Source: Candidatus Poribacteria bacterium (GTDB taxonomy: Bacteria; Poribacteria; WGA-4E; PCPOR2b). Taken from it: a stretch of DNA of 64,000 nucleotides. A program made the translations under genes and the position numbers. The DNA lies in assembly GCA_965198175.1 (NCBI GenBank), contig OZ240245.1, positions 576,001 through 640,000 on the forward strand, in the 5' to 3' direction. Below the pieces are notes generated by a model, which was given only the letters and a program-made list of their open reading frames with translations, did not search any database and was not told the origin of the DNA. Numbering within the stretch: the first letter of the stretch is position 1; every line of letters starts with the position of its first letter. This document shows positions 26,049 to 35,703 of the stretch, one piece after another.

Positions 26049-26975
26049 TTAGTAGACCTTCTTCTTACGGAGTTCCATGGCTTGATTCTTCACAATTACC
26101 ATTTCTCTTGGATCGAGATAAACGTAGATTTTATTCAGAATCTTGTCATACTGAAACTCAAAAACGCGGCCAATGTCCGAATAGAAACTGTTATCAATTT
26201 CCATCAGTTGTTGCCACGTGATCGCCCCTGGATTTTCGCGCTTTATCGCTGTAGGAGTTACTCTAAATGACGGAATAAGGATGTTTTTCGACCACATAAG
26301 TTCGCCAGTCAGACCTTCGTAAGCTTTAAGCTCAACCGTGCATCCAACTTGCACTTGTCCGGAAGGTTTAGTAACCCCAATCGATGATTGAGCCAAGTGT
26401 ATTGCCCCAATCCCCAGGCCTCCTCCTAAAAGATATAGTGGAGTCTTGTCACTGTCCTTAGGTGTTGCAGCAGCAGAAATTAAAGCGATCAGCGACAAAG
26501 GGCTCAGTAAACATCCCGACAAAATGATTTTCCCTTTTTCCTCTGTGTACCGTACACCACTCGTATCAGCACTAAATCTGACTTTTGCTGTGAGGATTAA
26601 ATCACTACCTTCCTTATCAGGGTAAATCATTTCATTAAGAGTGGGGTAGGTCCCTTTAACAGCGAAGCCTCGAGCTGTGAGTACCTCCTCAAAGTCCTTC
26701 GTCATGTTAATAATAAGTTGCTGAAATAGAGGCGGAGGAGAGACCGAAGGTAAGAGCATGCCTTGTTGTAGGGACATCCCTTGTTGATGGGAGGTGAGAG
26801 CTACAAATTCCGCTCCAACGATTGCAAATGTCACGTCGGCAGAACCTGGAGCAGCCTCTGTTGTTGGAACATAGTCAAAAGTGATAGTCTCGCGTGGAGG
26901 TTGGGCATAACGCCCCGCACAACTTGCTGTAATAAGGCAAACAACAACAATGCCAATTTGCCAAATATATCTCAC
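26049..26975 (-). CDS. Lipoprotein, possibly HpaA/NLBH-like; paralogue of the next gene
   Basis: AGGAG RBS, GTG 26975, lipobox 'ITASC'. Shares 'ITFDY.P..A.PGSA.VTFA.VGA' and 'MTKDF.E.LTARGF' with the neighbour. Confidence 0.7.
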   Translation of the reverse strand: MRYIWQIGIVVVCLITASCAGRYAQPPRETITFDYVPTTEAAPGSADVTFAIVGAEFVALTSHQQGMSLQQGMLLPSVSPPPLFQQLIINMTKDFEEVLTARGFAVKGTYPTLNEMIYPDKEGSDLILTAKVRFSADTSGVRYTEEKGKIILSGCLLSPLSLIALISAAATPKDSDKTPLYLLGGGLGIGAIHLAQSSIGVTKPSGQVQVGCTVELKAYEGLTGELMWSKNILIPSFRVTPTAIKRENPGAITWQQLMEIDNSFYSDIGRVFEFQYDKILNKIYVYLDPREMVIVKNQAMELRKKKVY

Positions 26976-27094
26976 TGAAACAAATCTCCTTTTTAAATTA
27001 CATTGAATAGATTCGCCCACCGGCGAAATTTGGACGACAATTTTCCACAAATGCTGCCACAAACACCAATCTGTTGAGCAGTATTATCGACGAC

Positions 27095-27802
27095 TTATCG
27101 AACAAGCTTTCGATCGCGCAAGTTATGCGCAGCTTGTTTTACAATTGCCATCTGCTTTGGCTCAAGGTAACCATAAATCTTGTTCATAATCTCAATGTAT
27201 TGTGCTTCAAGAGCACGGCCAATATCCGTGTAGAATTGGTTTTCATTTACCAGAAGGGTGGCTAAGTTCGCACCATTTGGATACCTCTTTCTGGAAGCGA
27301 GTTCTACTGTTGATGGCGTAATTGCTACACTTTTCGTCCATAGGCGATTCTTCGTTAGACTCTCATAAGCCACAAGGTTGACATGGCAACTCACCGTTAC
27401 TGTCCCGTTCAACATTCCAATTGTGGAATACCTCATTTGAGTCGTATCAGAACTGAAATCAACTTCAGCTGTGAGGACGAGATCGCTCCCCTCCTTATCG
27501 GAATAGGTCATGAGATCGTACTCGCTGAAAGGCCCCTTTGCACTAAAACCGCGGGCAGTAAGTATCTCCCCGAAATCCTTTGTCATATTGCTGGCGAAAT
27601 TTTTGAAAAGAGGTACAGGTGTTTCAATCTGTGCCCCAACGACTGCGAACGTGACATTGGCAGAACCAGGCGTAGCCTCCGGGGGAGTGTAGTCAAAAGT
27701 AATACTTGCACGTATCGGTTCTGGTTCAGTATTAACAGGCACGCAACCTACTATTATGCATGCTGCGGCGACTATGCCAAATTGTAAAGTTGAATATCTC
27801 AT
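27095..27802 (-). CDS. Lipoprotein, possibly HpaA/NLBH-like
   Basis: GGAGG RBS, lipobox 'IIVGC', 'MTYSDKEGSDLVL'. Confidence 0.7.
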   Translation of the reverse strand: MRYSTLQFGIVAAACIIVGCVPVNTEPEPIRASITFDYTPPEATPGSANVTFAVVGAQIETPVPLFKNFASNMTKDFGEILTARGFSAKGPFSEYDLMTYSDKEGSDLVLTAEVDFSSDTTQMRYSTIGMLNGTVTVSCHVNLVAYESLTKNRLWTKSVAITPSTVELASRKRYPNGANLATLLVNENQFYTDIGRALEAQYIEIMNKIYGYLEPKQMAIVKQAAHNLRDRKLVR

Positions 27803-27932
27803 CTAAATGTCCTCCAATGGGTTAAGAGCTTGTTTAAAAAGTAGCTGGCGAGCCATTATGACCAAATGTCAACAGAACCAAGTCCACCCAAGATATGGTA
27901 TCGGGAGCCCCAATTACCATCCTTATTTCTAA

Positions 27933-27972
27933 AATATAAACTAATGTTTTATTCATGTCAACATAAAAACAT
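27933..27972 (-). promoter_or_regulatory. Sigma70-type promoter with overlapping inverted repeat (candidate XRE operator)
   Basis: Minus strand TTGACA-17bp-TATATT. Imperfect inverted repeat ATGTTTTAT...ATAAAAACAT straddles the -35. Confidence 0.55.
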
Positions 27973-28086
27973 ACTATAAGTTTGTATTATTAACTAAAAA
28001 TATACTCATTCAGTTTATGTTCACTATCCGCCGTAAGTGTTATAATAATATCGTTTCAGTTGGGGATTTTGTTGGGGAGGCGATAC

Positions 28087-28500
28087 GTGCTGAGAACACA
28101 AAGTTTGGTATACAAATTAGGAGTTAAGATTCGGACACTGCGAAAAGCGGCGGGGTTGACGCAGGAGCAGCTCGCTGAAGCTGCGGATGTAAGCACCAAC
28201 TTTATAGGGTATGTTGAACGCGGACAGCGGGCGCTATCCATAAAAACCTTGGAACGGATTGCTCGGCCGTTAAATGTCATCCCTAAAGATTTGTTTGAAT
28301 TTTCGGAGGGCAGTATAGATGAATTTCTTTTAGAGATGCTCCTCGCAGAGTTGCGCAAGTGTGGCATAGAGGATCTCCGCGCCCTCACACCACTCGCTCA
28401 ACGATTGAGCAGTCGATTCCCAGACAGATTCAAAGCCAAACGCAAAACGCTTGTCGCAAATCAGGAGAGAAGGGAAAAAAAACGGAAAAAACGGAGTTGA
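28087..28500 (+). CDS. XRE-family HTH transcriptional regulator
   Basis: 'IRTLRKAAGLTQEQLAEAADVSTNFIGYVERG'. GGAGG before GTG 28087. Divergent from the lipoproteins. Confidence 0.88.
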   Translation: MLRTQSLVYKLGVKIRTLRKAAGLTQEQLAEAADVSTNFIGYVERGQRALSIKTLERIARPLNVIPKDLFEFSEGSIDEFLLEMLLAELRKCGIEDLRALTPLAQRLSSRFPDRFKAKRKTLVANQERREKKRKKRS

Positions 28501-28533
28501 TGACGCATATATTTATCAAGGAGGGATTGCTTA

Positions 28534-28764
28534 TCGGGATTACGCAGTTGAGCAGAATTGGGTTATGATTTGAGCAGTCTTCCACATTTAAAATCTGATA
28601 ATCTCAGTTGCATCTATATTTACACATATGAGCGATGATTGACTCGACTTAGCTCACAATCTCCCGGTTTTCGACGCTTCCCATTGAGCGGGTCGGGCTG
28701 GAAGCCCGACCTACGGGAATGGGTGGGAACTTGGATATGTTAATAAACACATGTGTAATTTTTA
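28534..28764. mobile_element. Degenerate IS701-end MITE
   Basis: Left end TCGGGATTACGCAGTTGAG...GGTTATGATTTGAGCA resembles the IS701 left end. Worn right end. Internal REP-like GTCGGGCTGGAAGCCCGACCTAC. Confidence 0.45.
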
Positions 28765-28885
28765 GTTACAATGACTATAATCCGCTCGCTCGCGGTAACT
28801 TCAGAAACCGATCAAGCGACTGGACAAGGAGTGCGATAGAGTTCCCTTTTGAAGAAACTCGGTTTCTCACCCCAATTTTGCGGTG

Positions 28886-30625
28886 CTACTTGACAATCGC
28901 CATCCGCTGGTACGCGACATAATCCCCCGCCCGGAATCGATAGAAATAGACGCCGCTTGAGATCAGCTCTCCTGTCTCAGATCGTCCGTCCCAATAAGCT
29001 GCCTTCGCTTGGTTGGTGTATAGTCCCGCAGGCTGATGCCCGATATTTAATTCGCGCACCACCACGCCTTTTGTGTCATAAATGGTAAGCGTCACATCGG
29101 CGTCGTGGGCGAGGTGATACGGAATCCATGTCTCTGGATTGAACGGATTCGGGAAGTTTGCAAATAGCTTTGTCTCTAACACGGTTGGGGGAGTCTTTGT
29201 AAGATACGATCGCAAATAGTCCGTGACAAGCCGGATGATGGGAGATTGGTCCGGATACGATTCCAACTTAGAAATTGCCTGCTGAATACGCGTGGTATGA
29301 ACCTTCGCGTTGACGATTGACAATCGACGATTATTGATTATTGGTTGCCGGTTCAGTGGAGCGGCGGAAACGTCTTCTCCAAATCGCTTGGCGACGAGAA
29401 CTAGATCAAAGATGTCGATGACGCCATCCGCATTGACATCGCCTTCGACTCCAACCCCTGTCTCACTGAAATTGCTGGCGACGAGAACCAAATCAGTGAC
29501 ATCCACGACGCCATCATTGTTCACATCAAATGGGGGCGGCTCAACCGGTTGAATCTGCGCGACTGCAACGAAAGATGCGCCAGCGCCAACACGATATACT
29601 CTGTCAAGGGTTTCATTTGGCGCCATGACACGCAGCTCATCCAGTCTTGCGCCGGTCCAATCTGGGACAGCGACATATACATTATCATTCCAATCAACCG
29701 CTAACCCTGAACCTCCAGCGAAATCCACAAGTGCATCGTTTCGATCATGTATCCATTTTTCTCTCACGAGGTCGTAAACCATCAATCCCCTATTTGTGAG
29801 GAAACCGTCGCTTATAAAGACGTGTTTCATACTATTTATGACGAGCGAGAAGGCTGGTGTTGTTCTAAGCTTAACAATCTTTTCAACTTCATCACGAATC
29901 GCGTCAATAATTACAAGGTTGCCCAAGCGGGTAACAAAATCCCCTGCCGAGATCACGAGGACCTTAGACTCGCCATCGTCCGTAATGCCTGTTGCGTTCG
30001 TCGGCACATCAATCGCCTTTAAGACTGTATCTGTGCGTGTATCAATCACCGTAACACTGCTATCCTCGTAAGTGACCTGAAAAGAGATTGCATCTACAAC
30101 AAACGCCGAGTTTGTCACATAAGCCTTGTCATTAATGACCGTTATCCCCGTGGGTTTTAAGCCGCCGGGGATGGTGTTAATAACGCTTCGCCCCTTTACA
30201 TCCACCACTCTGATGTCATTCGTCCCATTACACGTGACATACGCTTTGGAATCGCTGACGAATGCGATTTGCTGTGGCAAGGCACCATCCCCAATCGGAA
30301 TCGTTCCGAGACTGACTCTATTCCTCAGATCGACAATCTGCACATTATTGCTGAACGTGTTGACGACATATCCCAAATCGTCTTGAATCTCAACGTCGCT
30401 TGGAACCGATCCGATCGGAATAATTTCATTCTCGACAGCTTGTTCGACGTCCGGCTCATCGAGGTCGACAATGGAGAGGGAGGTGGAAATTCCAAGATCC
30501 GGGTTTGCCAAGACGTTAACGACAACCGCTAAATTTTGAACCTCAATTGCGGCTGAAGCCGTAACTGTAACAAGCATCACTGCTGTGGCGACGAATATTA
30601 ACGCATGTTGGAGTCTGTTCTTCAT
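28886..30625 (-). CDS. Secreted YncE/BtuG-like beta-propeller + dockerin + CTD, probable corrinoid-binding protein
   Basis: Signal peptide, 'KAYVT' YVTN-type repeats, dockerin 'DVNNDGVVDVTDL' x2, 'ANFPNPFNPETWIPY'. Sits downstream of a B12 riboswitch. Confidence 0.8.
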   Translation of the reverse strand: MKNRLQHALIFVATAVMLVTVTASAAIEVQNLAVVVNVLANPDLGISTSLSIVDLDEPDVEQAVENEIIPIGSVPSDVEIQDDLGYVVNTFSNNVQIVDLRNRVSLGTIPIGDGALPQQIAFVSDSKAYVTCNGTNDIRVVDVKGRSVINTIPGGLKPTGITVINDKAYVTNSAFVVDAISFQVTYEDSSVTVIDTRTDTVLKAIDVPTNATGITDDGESKVLVISAGDFVTRLGNLVIIDAIRDEVEKIVKLRTTPAFSLVINSMKHVFISDGFLTNRGLMVYDLVREKWIHDRNDALVDFAGGSGLAVDWNDNVYVAVPDWTGARLDELRVMAPNETLDRVYRVGAGASFVAVAQIQPVEPPPFDVNNDGVVDVTDLVLVASNFSETGVGVEGDVNADGVIDIFDLVLVAKRFGEDVSAAPLNRQPIINNRRLSIVNAKVHTTRIQQAISKLESYPDQSPIIRLVTDYLRSYLTKTPPTVLETKLFANFPNPFNPETWIPYHLAHDADVTLTIYDTKGVVVRELNIGHQPAGLYTNQAKAAYWDGRSETGELISSGVYFYRFRAGDYVAYQRMAIVK

Positions 30626-30714
30626 AGATTTGACTGTCCTTTCTTTATGTGGAAAATACCGTTTGACGTGCGGAAGGACTGTTCACGAAAACAGTGTTTT
30701 CAGACTCCAGAAAC

Positions 30715-30747
30715 AAAAAACCCCAGCCTTCATATAGAAAACTGGGG
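30715..30747 (-). terminator. Intrinsic terminator of the riboswitch expression platform
   Basis: CCCCAGT...GCTGGGG followed by TTTTTT on the minus strand, between aptamer and CDS. Confidence 0.7.
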
Positions 30748-30838
30748 TACAGTTCGTTCTTCCTACGCCGCCGCTTCGGCAACAGGAACACAAACCCTGG
30801 TTCACAGCCTTCCCGCGAAAACTCTGTGTGAAACTCGC

Positions 30839-31010
30839 TTCAGGCAGGTCTCTTGACTAGCGACGCCCCGTGTCCGCCTTCCCATCTCAACGTGCTGGGA
30901 CAGTGGCGTTATGGACACGATTACTCGTCGTTCACAGTGGCGGGGCCGTGGCGGATTCTCACCGCACTTCCCTATTCTCCGCAATCGTAAACGATTGCTG
31001 GCACCTGAAT
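30839..31010 (-). ncRNA. Cobalamin riboswitch
   Basis: AGGTG...AATAGGGAA...GGTGAGAATCC...CGGCCCCGCCACTGTGA...GCCACTG...GGGAAGG...AGTCAAGAGACCTGCC (B12 box). Confidence 0.93.
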
Positions 31011-31272
31011 CGAAAAAAATATGCAGTTTTAGGTTGGTTCTTCGATGCTACTCAACAAAATCAATATTAACAGATAACTGTCGGCTTGTCAAGAAAAAAA
31101 GTAATTGAGTGATGGCCCTTATCGCCGAAAGATTGAAAGGGCGAATTCCATTTACATCCGCCCTGTTCTTGGTCTATAATTATGGTATAATACCGAAGTT
31201 CGTGGCGTTTTAGAGCGGTTATAGGCGGATGGGGCTTTCTCACTGTTTTTTTTATTCATAAGGAGAATCACA

Positions 31273-31656
31273 ATGGCACATACATTCGATCACGTTCACT
31301 TTCGTTGTAATGACCTCGAATCCACCGTTGACTATTATGTCAAGGTGCTTGGTGGCACGATTATCGCTCGGGTCGAAGTCAAAGGTCGGCCGATTGTTCA
31401 GGTTGAAGTAGGTGGACAGAGACTATTCTTCTCCCCCAAACTGGAAGGGGAGGAAGTTGAACCGAACAGCGGAAAACTGCGGTGGGGAGTCTACCAAGTC
31501 GCGTTTGCCGTTGAGGACATGAATGCTGCTGTTAAGGAGTTGACAGCACGGGGCGCTGAGTTTGAAGGCGATCCAATTGTCGTCAACCCGTCGTTCACGA
31601 TTGCCTTCATTAAGGGCCCTGACGGCGTGCAGATCGAACTTCTTCAGCGCTCCTAA
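31273..31656 (+). CDS. VOC/glyoxalase family protein
   Basis: 'FDHVHF', 'QVAFAVED', 'FIKGPDGVQIEL'. Confidence 0.88.
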   Translation: MAHTFDHVHFRCNDLESTVDYYVKVLGGTIIARVEVKGRPIVQVEVGGQRLFFSPKLEGEEVEPNSGKLRWGVYQVAFAVEDMNAAVKELTARGAEFEGDPIVVNPSFTIAFIKGPDGVQIELLQRS

Positions 31657-31704
31657 GGTTTGCAGTTCCTAATCGTGAAATTCCGTCCGATACAGGAATG
31701 AGAT

Positions 31705-32385
31705 GTGAAGTTCAGTGAGCTTTTCTATACAATTCAAGGCGAGGGCAAACTTATTGGGGCGCCGTCTGTATTTTTCCGGACGAGCTATTGTAATCTGAGG
31801 TGTGTCTGGTGCGATACGCCCTATACATCGTGGAATCCGGAGAACAAGGATATATCCATTCCCGAAGCGGTGGCGGCAATCACCCGATACGGTTGCAAGC
31901 ATGTTGTTATCACGGGCGGCGAGCCGTTTATCCAAGCCAAGGCGTTAATGGATTTATGTCAAACACTCGACAGCCAGGGACATCATATCACCATCGAAAC
32001 CAACGCAACCGTCTTTGCGCCTGTAGCGGCACACCTGATTTCGATGAGCCCCAAACTGCGGAACTCCAATCCGCATCCAGACGACCGTTACTTTCGGAGG
32101 CATGAGCGGGGACGCATTTGCCCTGATGTTATCCGAAAGTTTCTCGATCAATACGAATGTCAGGTCAAATTTGTCGTCGATCAGCCCGAAGATCTCGAAG
32201 AAATCCGAGCCTTGCAAACGGAAATCGCCATCTCGGCGGAAACTGTCATGCTTATGCCCCAGGGCACGACCTCCGAAGAATTGCAACCCAAACAAGAATG
32301 GCTCGTGGAGGTCTGCAAGGAATACGGATATCGCTATTCGCCGAGGGTTCACGTTGATATTTGGGGGAACCAGCGCGGTGTGTGA
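31705..32385 (+). CDS. queE: 7-carboxy-7-deazaguanine synthase (radical SAM)
   Basis: 'ELFYTIQGEG', 'CNLRCVWCDT', 'ITGGEP', 'IETN', 'SPK', 'SPRVH'. Confidence 0.88.
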   Translation: MKFSELFYTIQGEGKLIGAPSVFFRTSYCNLRCVWCDTPYTSWNPENKDISIPEAVAAITRYGCKHVVITGGEPFIQAKALMDLCQTLDSQGHHITIETNATVFAPVAAHLISMSPKLRNSNPHPDDRYFRRHERGRICPDVIRKFLDQYECQVKFVVDQPEDLEEIRALQTEIAISAETVMLMPQGTTSEELQPKQEWLVEVCKEYGYRYSPRVHVDIWGNQRGV

Positions 32386-32409
32386 AAGCGCGAGAAAGAG
32401 ACAAGCGAG

Positions 32410-33525
32410 ATGAAATACGATATACTGCTTAAAGGCGGAACGGTTATCGATCCCGCCCAGCAACTGCACGATCAGCGAGACGTTGCAATCGCCGAAGGGA
32501 AAATTGCCGCGATTGAACGCGATATCCCAGCGAATCAGGCGAAGCAGACAGTTTTCGTTACTGAAAAATACGTTACCCCCGGCTTGGTGGATATTCATGC
32601 CCACGTCTACACAGGCGTAACGACATGGGGAATCAAAGCCGACCCGGTTTGCACGACAACGGGCGTTACGACGATTGTTGATGCCGGCAGCCCAAGCTGG
32701 ACGACGTTCCCCGGCTTTCGAGAATTCATTGCGCATCCTGCCCGAACCCGCATCTTGACCTACATCCACATCTCTGGAATCGGTCTGGTCTACGGTCCGG
32801 TTGGCGAAATGCACGAACTCGAATACGCGGACCCCGGCGAGGTCGCTGAGACGCTGATGCGAAACCCGGACATCACAATCGGTGTTAAGGTACGTCAGGC
32901 TAAGGAGCAGGTCGGCGATAACGGCGTCGAACCGTTGAAGCTGGCGATTAAAGCGGCGGAGCTAGCAGGTACACCCGTGATGTGTCACATCGGCGCCGGC
33001 GTCCCGCTGCCTGATGTGCTGAAACTGATGCGTCCCGGCGATGTGATTACCCACTGTTTTCAAGGTCGCGGCGATAGTATTATTGATGACAAAGGGCGCG
33101 TCATTCCTGAGGCATGGTCCGCACGAGACGATGGCGTAATCTTCGATGTGGGGCACGGCATGGGGAGTTTTTGCTACGAAGTCGCACAACGCGCCATGGA
33201 ACAGGGGTTTATCTCGGATGTAATCAGCACGGACTTGCATACAGGGAACATCAACGGACCGGTTTACGATCTGCCAACGACATTGTCCAAATTTCTGCAT
33301 CTCGGGCTTTCTCTTGAAGAGGTGCTTGAGAAATCAACCATCGCGGCGGCAAAAGCGGTTCGGCGGGAGGCTGAACTCGGACATCTAACAATTGGAACGG
33401 TCGCCGATGTCGCAGTTTTTGACTGTATCTCTGGTGAATTTGAGTTTCGTGACACACACGGCACGGTGTTCGTCGGGGACCAGAAACTGCAACCCTACTT
33501 AACGATTCGAGAAGGGAAGTTGTAG
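32410..33525 (+). CDS. Amidohydrolase / dihydroorotase-deacetylase family metallohydrolase
   Basis: 'PGLVDIHAH', 'GVTTIVDAGS', 'FDVGHG', 'ISTDLH'. Confidence 0.85.
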   Translation: MKYDILLKGGTVIDPAQQLHDQRDVAIAEGKIAAIERDIPANQAKQTVFVTEKYVTPGLVDIHAHVYTGVTTWGIKADPVCTTTGVTTIVDAGSPSWTTFPGFREFIAHPARTRILTYIHISGIGLVYGPVGEMHELEYADPGEVAETLMRNPDITIGVKVRQAKEQVGDNGVEPLKLAIKAAELAGTPVMCHIGAGVPLPDVLKLMRPGDVITHCFQGRGDSIIDDKGRVIPEAWSARDDGVIFDVGHGMGSFCYEVAQRAMEQGFISDVISTDLHTGNINGPVYDLPTTLSKFLHLGLSLEEVLEKSTIAAAKAVRREAELGHLTIGTVADVAVFDCISGEFEFRDTHGTVFVGDQKLQPYLTIREGKL

Positions 33526-33528
33526 CGC

Positions 33529-33921
33529 ATGGCGCGGACCGATAGGCTAAAGGGTTGTTACCGGCGGGTTATAGGTTTTTTGCTGGTTGTTGCGCTGATA
33601 ATTCTAGCGGCGGGAATTTTCGTCTACATGCGACTCGGCGGCGTTGAAGGCGCGCGATACTGGATGGCGGAACGCGCGCTGAACAAGGTCGAGGAGCATT
33701 TGTTGAAGAATCGCCCAGATGGGGTCTCGGAGACGGAGGTTCGTTCGCAATTTCAGAGTGTCCGTTTGGCAAACGCGGATCGGCGAACCAATCTCATCCG
33801 TCTCTATCGGGCTCTGAAAGCGTACCAAAACAAATTTCACGGCACAAAACCCTCAACGGGCGAGACGATAGAGTTTCTCAGTAATCTTGAATCGGCAATC
33901 TCACCAGAGGATAAAAGGTAA
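33529..33921 (+). CDS. Hypothetical membrane-anchored protein
   Basis: One N-terminal TM segment; 3 bp after the upstream gene. Confidence 0.65.
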   Translation: MARTDRLKGCYRRVIGFLLVVALIILAAGIFVYMRLGGVEGARYWMAERALNKVEEHLLKNRPDGVSETEVRSQFQSVRLANADRRTNLIRLYRALKAYQNKFHGTKPSTGETIEFLSNLESAISPEDKR

Positions 33922-34056
33922 TATCGCTTCAAATTTTCAATGGGACTATCGCCGCAACCTTCGGTTACGAAGGGGTCTGCCTCAATCTTTAGCGCACAGA
34001 AACCGATCGGCTTGATATTGTCCTTTGGTGGGCATGATACCGGACCTCAGCGAAGC

Positions 34057-34851
34057 ATGACGAACGAAACCGAACTCACGCAAGCAGAACGCTTTTTCTT
34101 CGATAACAACGGCTACCTCGTGCTGGAAGGTTTGCTGGGGGGAAACCTTGTCGCGCAGCTGCTGGAAACACTCCATCGTACGGTTGCGCGGAGGCGGGTG
34201 CTTCAGGAACGCGAGATTCCGCACACAGGGATGACCGATATTCAGGGTGATAACACACGCATCTTCTACATTCTGGACGACGACCCTCTGTTTCTGGACC
34301 TGCTCGATTATCCGGCGATTTTTCCTTACGTCACGGGACTGCTCAATGAACAGCCACATCATCACGCCTCCGACGCAATCGTTGAGTATGGCGCGAAGGA
34401 ACGCGGGATGGGTTGGCATAGAGATGGTCGGGACAATGGGTTCCGTAAGCTGGGTTCCCCAATTCCCCTGCTACAGCTAAAAATCGGATACTATCTGACC
34501 GACATGACTGAGCCGGGGCGCAGCAACCTATGTGTTGTCCCCGGCAGCCACAAAGCGCTGCATGAGCCCGATTCAGCGTCGCTTCAACGAAAAGACCTAT
34601 TTCCCGGCGCCGTACAAATCTGTGCGCCAGCCGGGAGTGCCATCCTTTTCCATAACGCGCTTTGGCATTCTGCGGGTCCATGGACGCAGGACGATGGAGC
34701 GCGAATTATGCTATACTACGCCTATGAACACCCCTGGATGATCGCCTCTCCAGAACATTGGGGCTACAACAAGAGCTTCTACAACCGCTTGACTACGGAG
34801 CGTCGCAAACTGTTTCACGGGTTTTTGTTTGACCCGCCGGAGCACCGCTAG
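34057..34851 (+). CDS. Phytanoyl-CoA dioxygenase (PhyH) family
   Basis: 'FDNNGYLVL', 'WHRD', 'VVPGSHK', 'AGSAILFHNALWH'. Confidence 0.88.
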   Translation: MTNETELTQAERFFFDNNGYLVLEGLLGGNLVAQLLETLHRTVARRRVLQEREIPHTGMTDIQGDNTRIFYILDDDPLFLDLLDYPAIFPYVTGLLNEQPHHHASDAIVEYGAKERGMGWHRDGRDNGFRKLGSPIPLLQLKIGYYLTDMTEPGRSNLCVVPGSHKALHEPDSASLQRKDLFPGAVQICAPAGSAILFHNALWHSAGPWTQDDGARIMLYYAYEHPWMIASPEHWGYNKSFYNRLTTERRKLFHGFLFDPPEHR

Positions 34852-34946
34852 GGATAGGATAGAATCACTGGGATTAACAGCTATTGATTGATAAAGTGAT
34901 CGCACAAGTCCTGTACAGGTTATCGTATCTGTTTGGAGAGGGACCG

Positions 34947-35615
34947 ATGACGCTCCAAGACGTTCGCTGGCTTATCAATCGTTTCCGCTCTGCCCCCTTC
35001 CGAGACCAACTCAAGATTTGGGCGCGTCTGATATGTCTACAACCTATCTTGAAGGCGATAGATGAACACGTTCCGGTCGCATCGGAGCGGTTAGTCGATT
35101 TGGGATCAGGGTATGGGATAGTTAGCTTAATCATGGGGTTGCGCCGAAACACAACGATACTCGGCATTGAAGCGTCCCCTCTACGTTTTGCAATCACGAA
35201 ACAAGCGGCTCGCAATCTGGGACAAGTAACTTTTCAGCGTGGCGATGTCGCGCAGATACCGGTACCGTCAGGTGATGTACTCCTGTTAATCGATATTCTA
35301 TCCTTTTTTCCCGATGAAACCCAACGACACATTCTGACCACCTGTGCCGATTCGCTCAGCCCCCGTGGAATTCTATTGATTAAGGATAACACGACAGTGC
35401 CGCGGTGGAAGTATCGTTATGTGAACTTCGAGGAGAGAATCAAGCGAACGATTGGCGTGTATGGGGTATCGACGCAAATCCGACCGAACCACCATCCACC
35501 TCAGTTGTGGCGGCAACTGATTCGCTGCGCCAACCTAAAGATCTGTGATGAGATTCTAATCGATTCAGTCGTTCCCTATCCGGGGATTATCTATGTTTGC
35601 CAGAAGACGGGTTGA
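34947..35615 (+). CDS. Class I SAM-dependent methyltransferase
   Basis: 'LVDLGSGYG', 'LSPRGILLI'. Confidence 0.8.
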   Translation: MTLQDVRWLINRFRSAPFRDQLKIWARLICLQPILKAIDEHVPVASERLVDLGSGYGIVSLIMGLRRNTTILGIEASPLRFAITKQAARNLGQVTFQRGDVAQIPVPSGDVLLLIDILSFFPDETQRHILTTCADSLSPRGILLIKDNTTVPRWKYRYVNFEERIKRTIGVYGVSTQIRPNHHPPQLWRQLIRCANLKICDEILIDSVVPYPGIIYVCQKTG

Positions 35616-35703
35616 AATTGTGTGGATCGGGGTGCTATCGGTAACGTGTGTCCCCGATTCTGAGACAGATGCGGCGCAGCGGTCTATTGTGCATTTGTTG
35701 CTT

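Noticed and set aside
31705..32385. queE as part of a 7-deazaguanine DNA-modification (dpd) system
   Set aside because: No dpdA/tgt, queC or queD nearby; it sits among housekeeping genes ~8 kb from the island.
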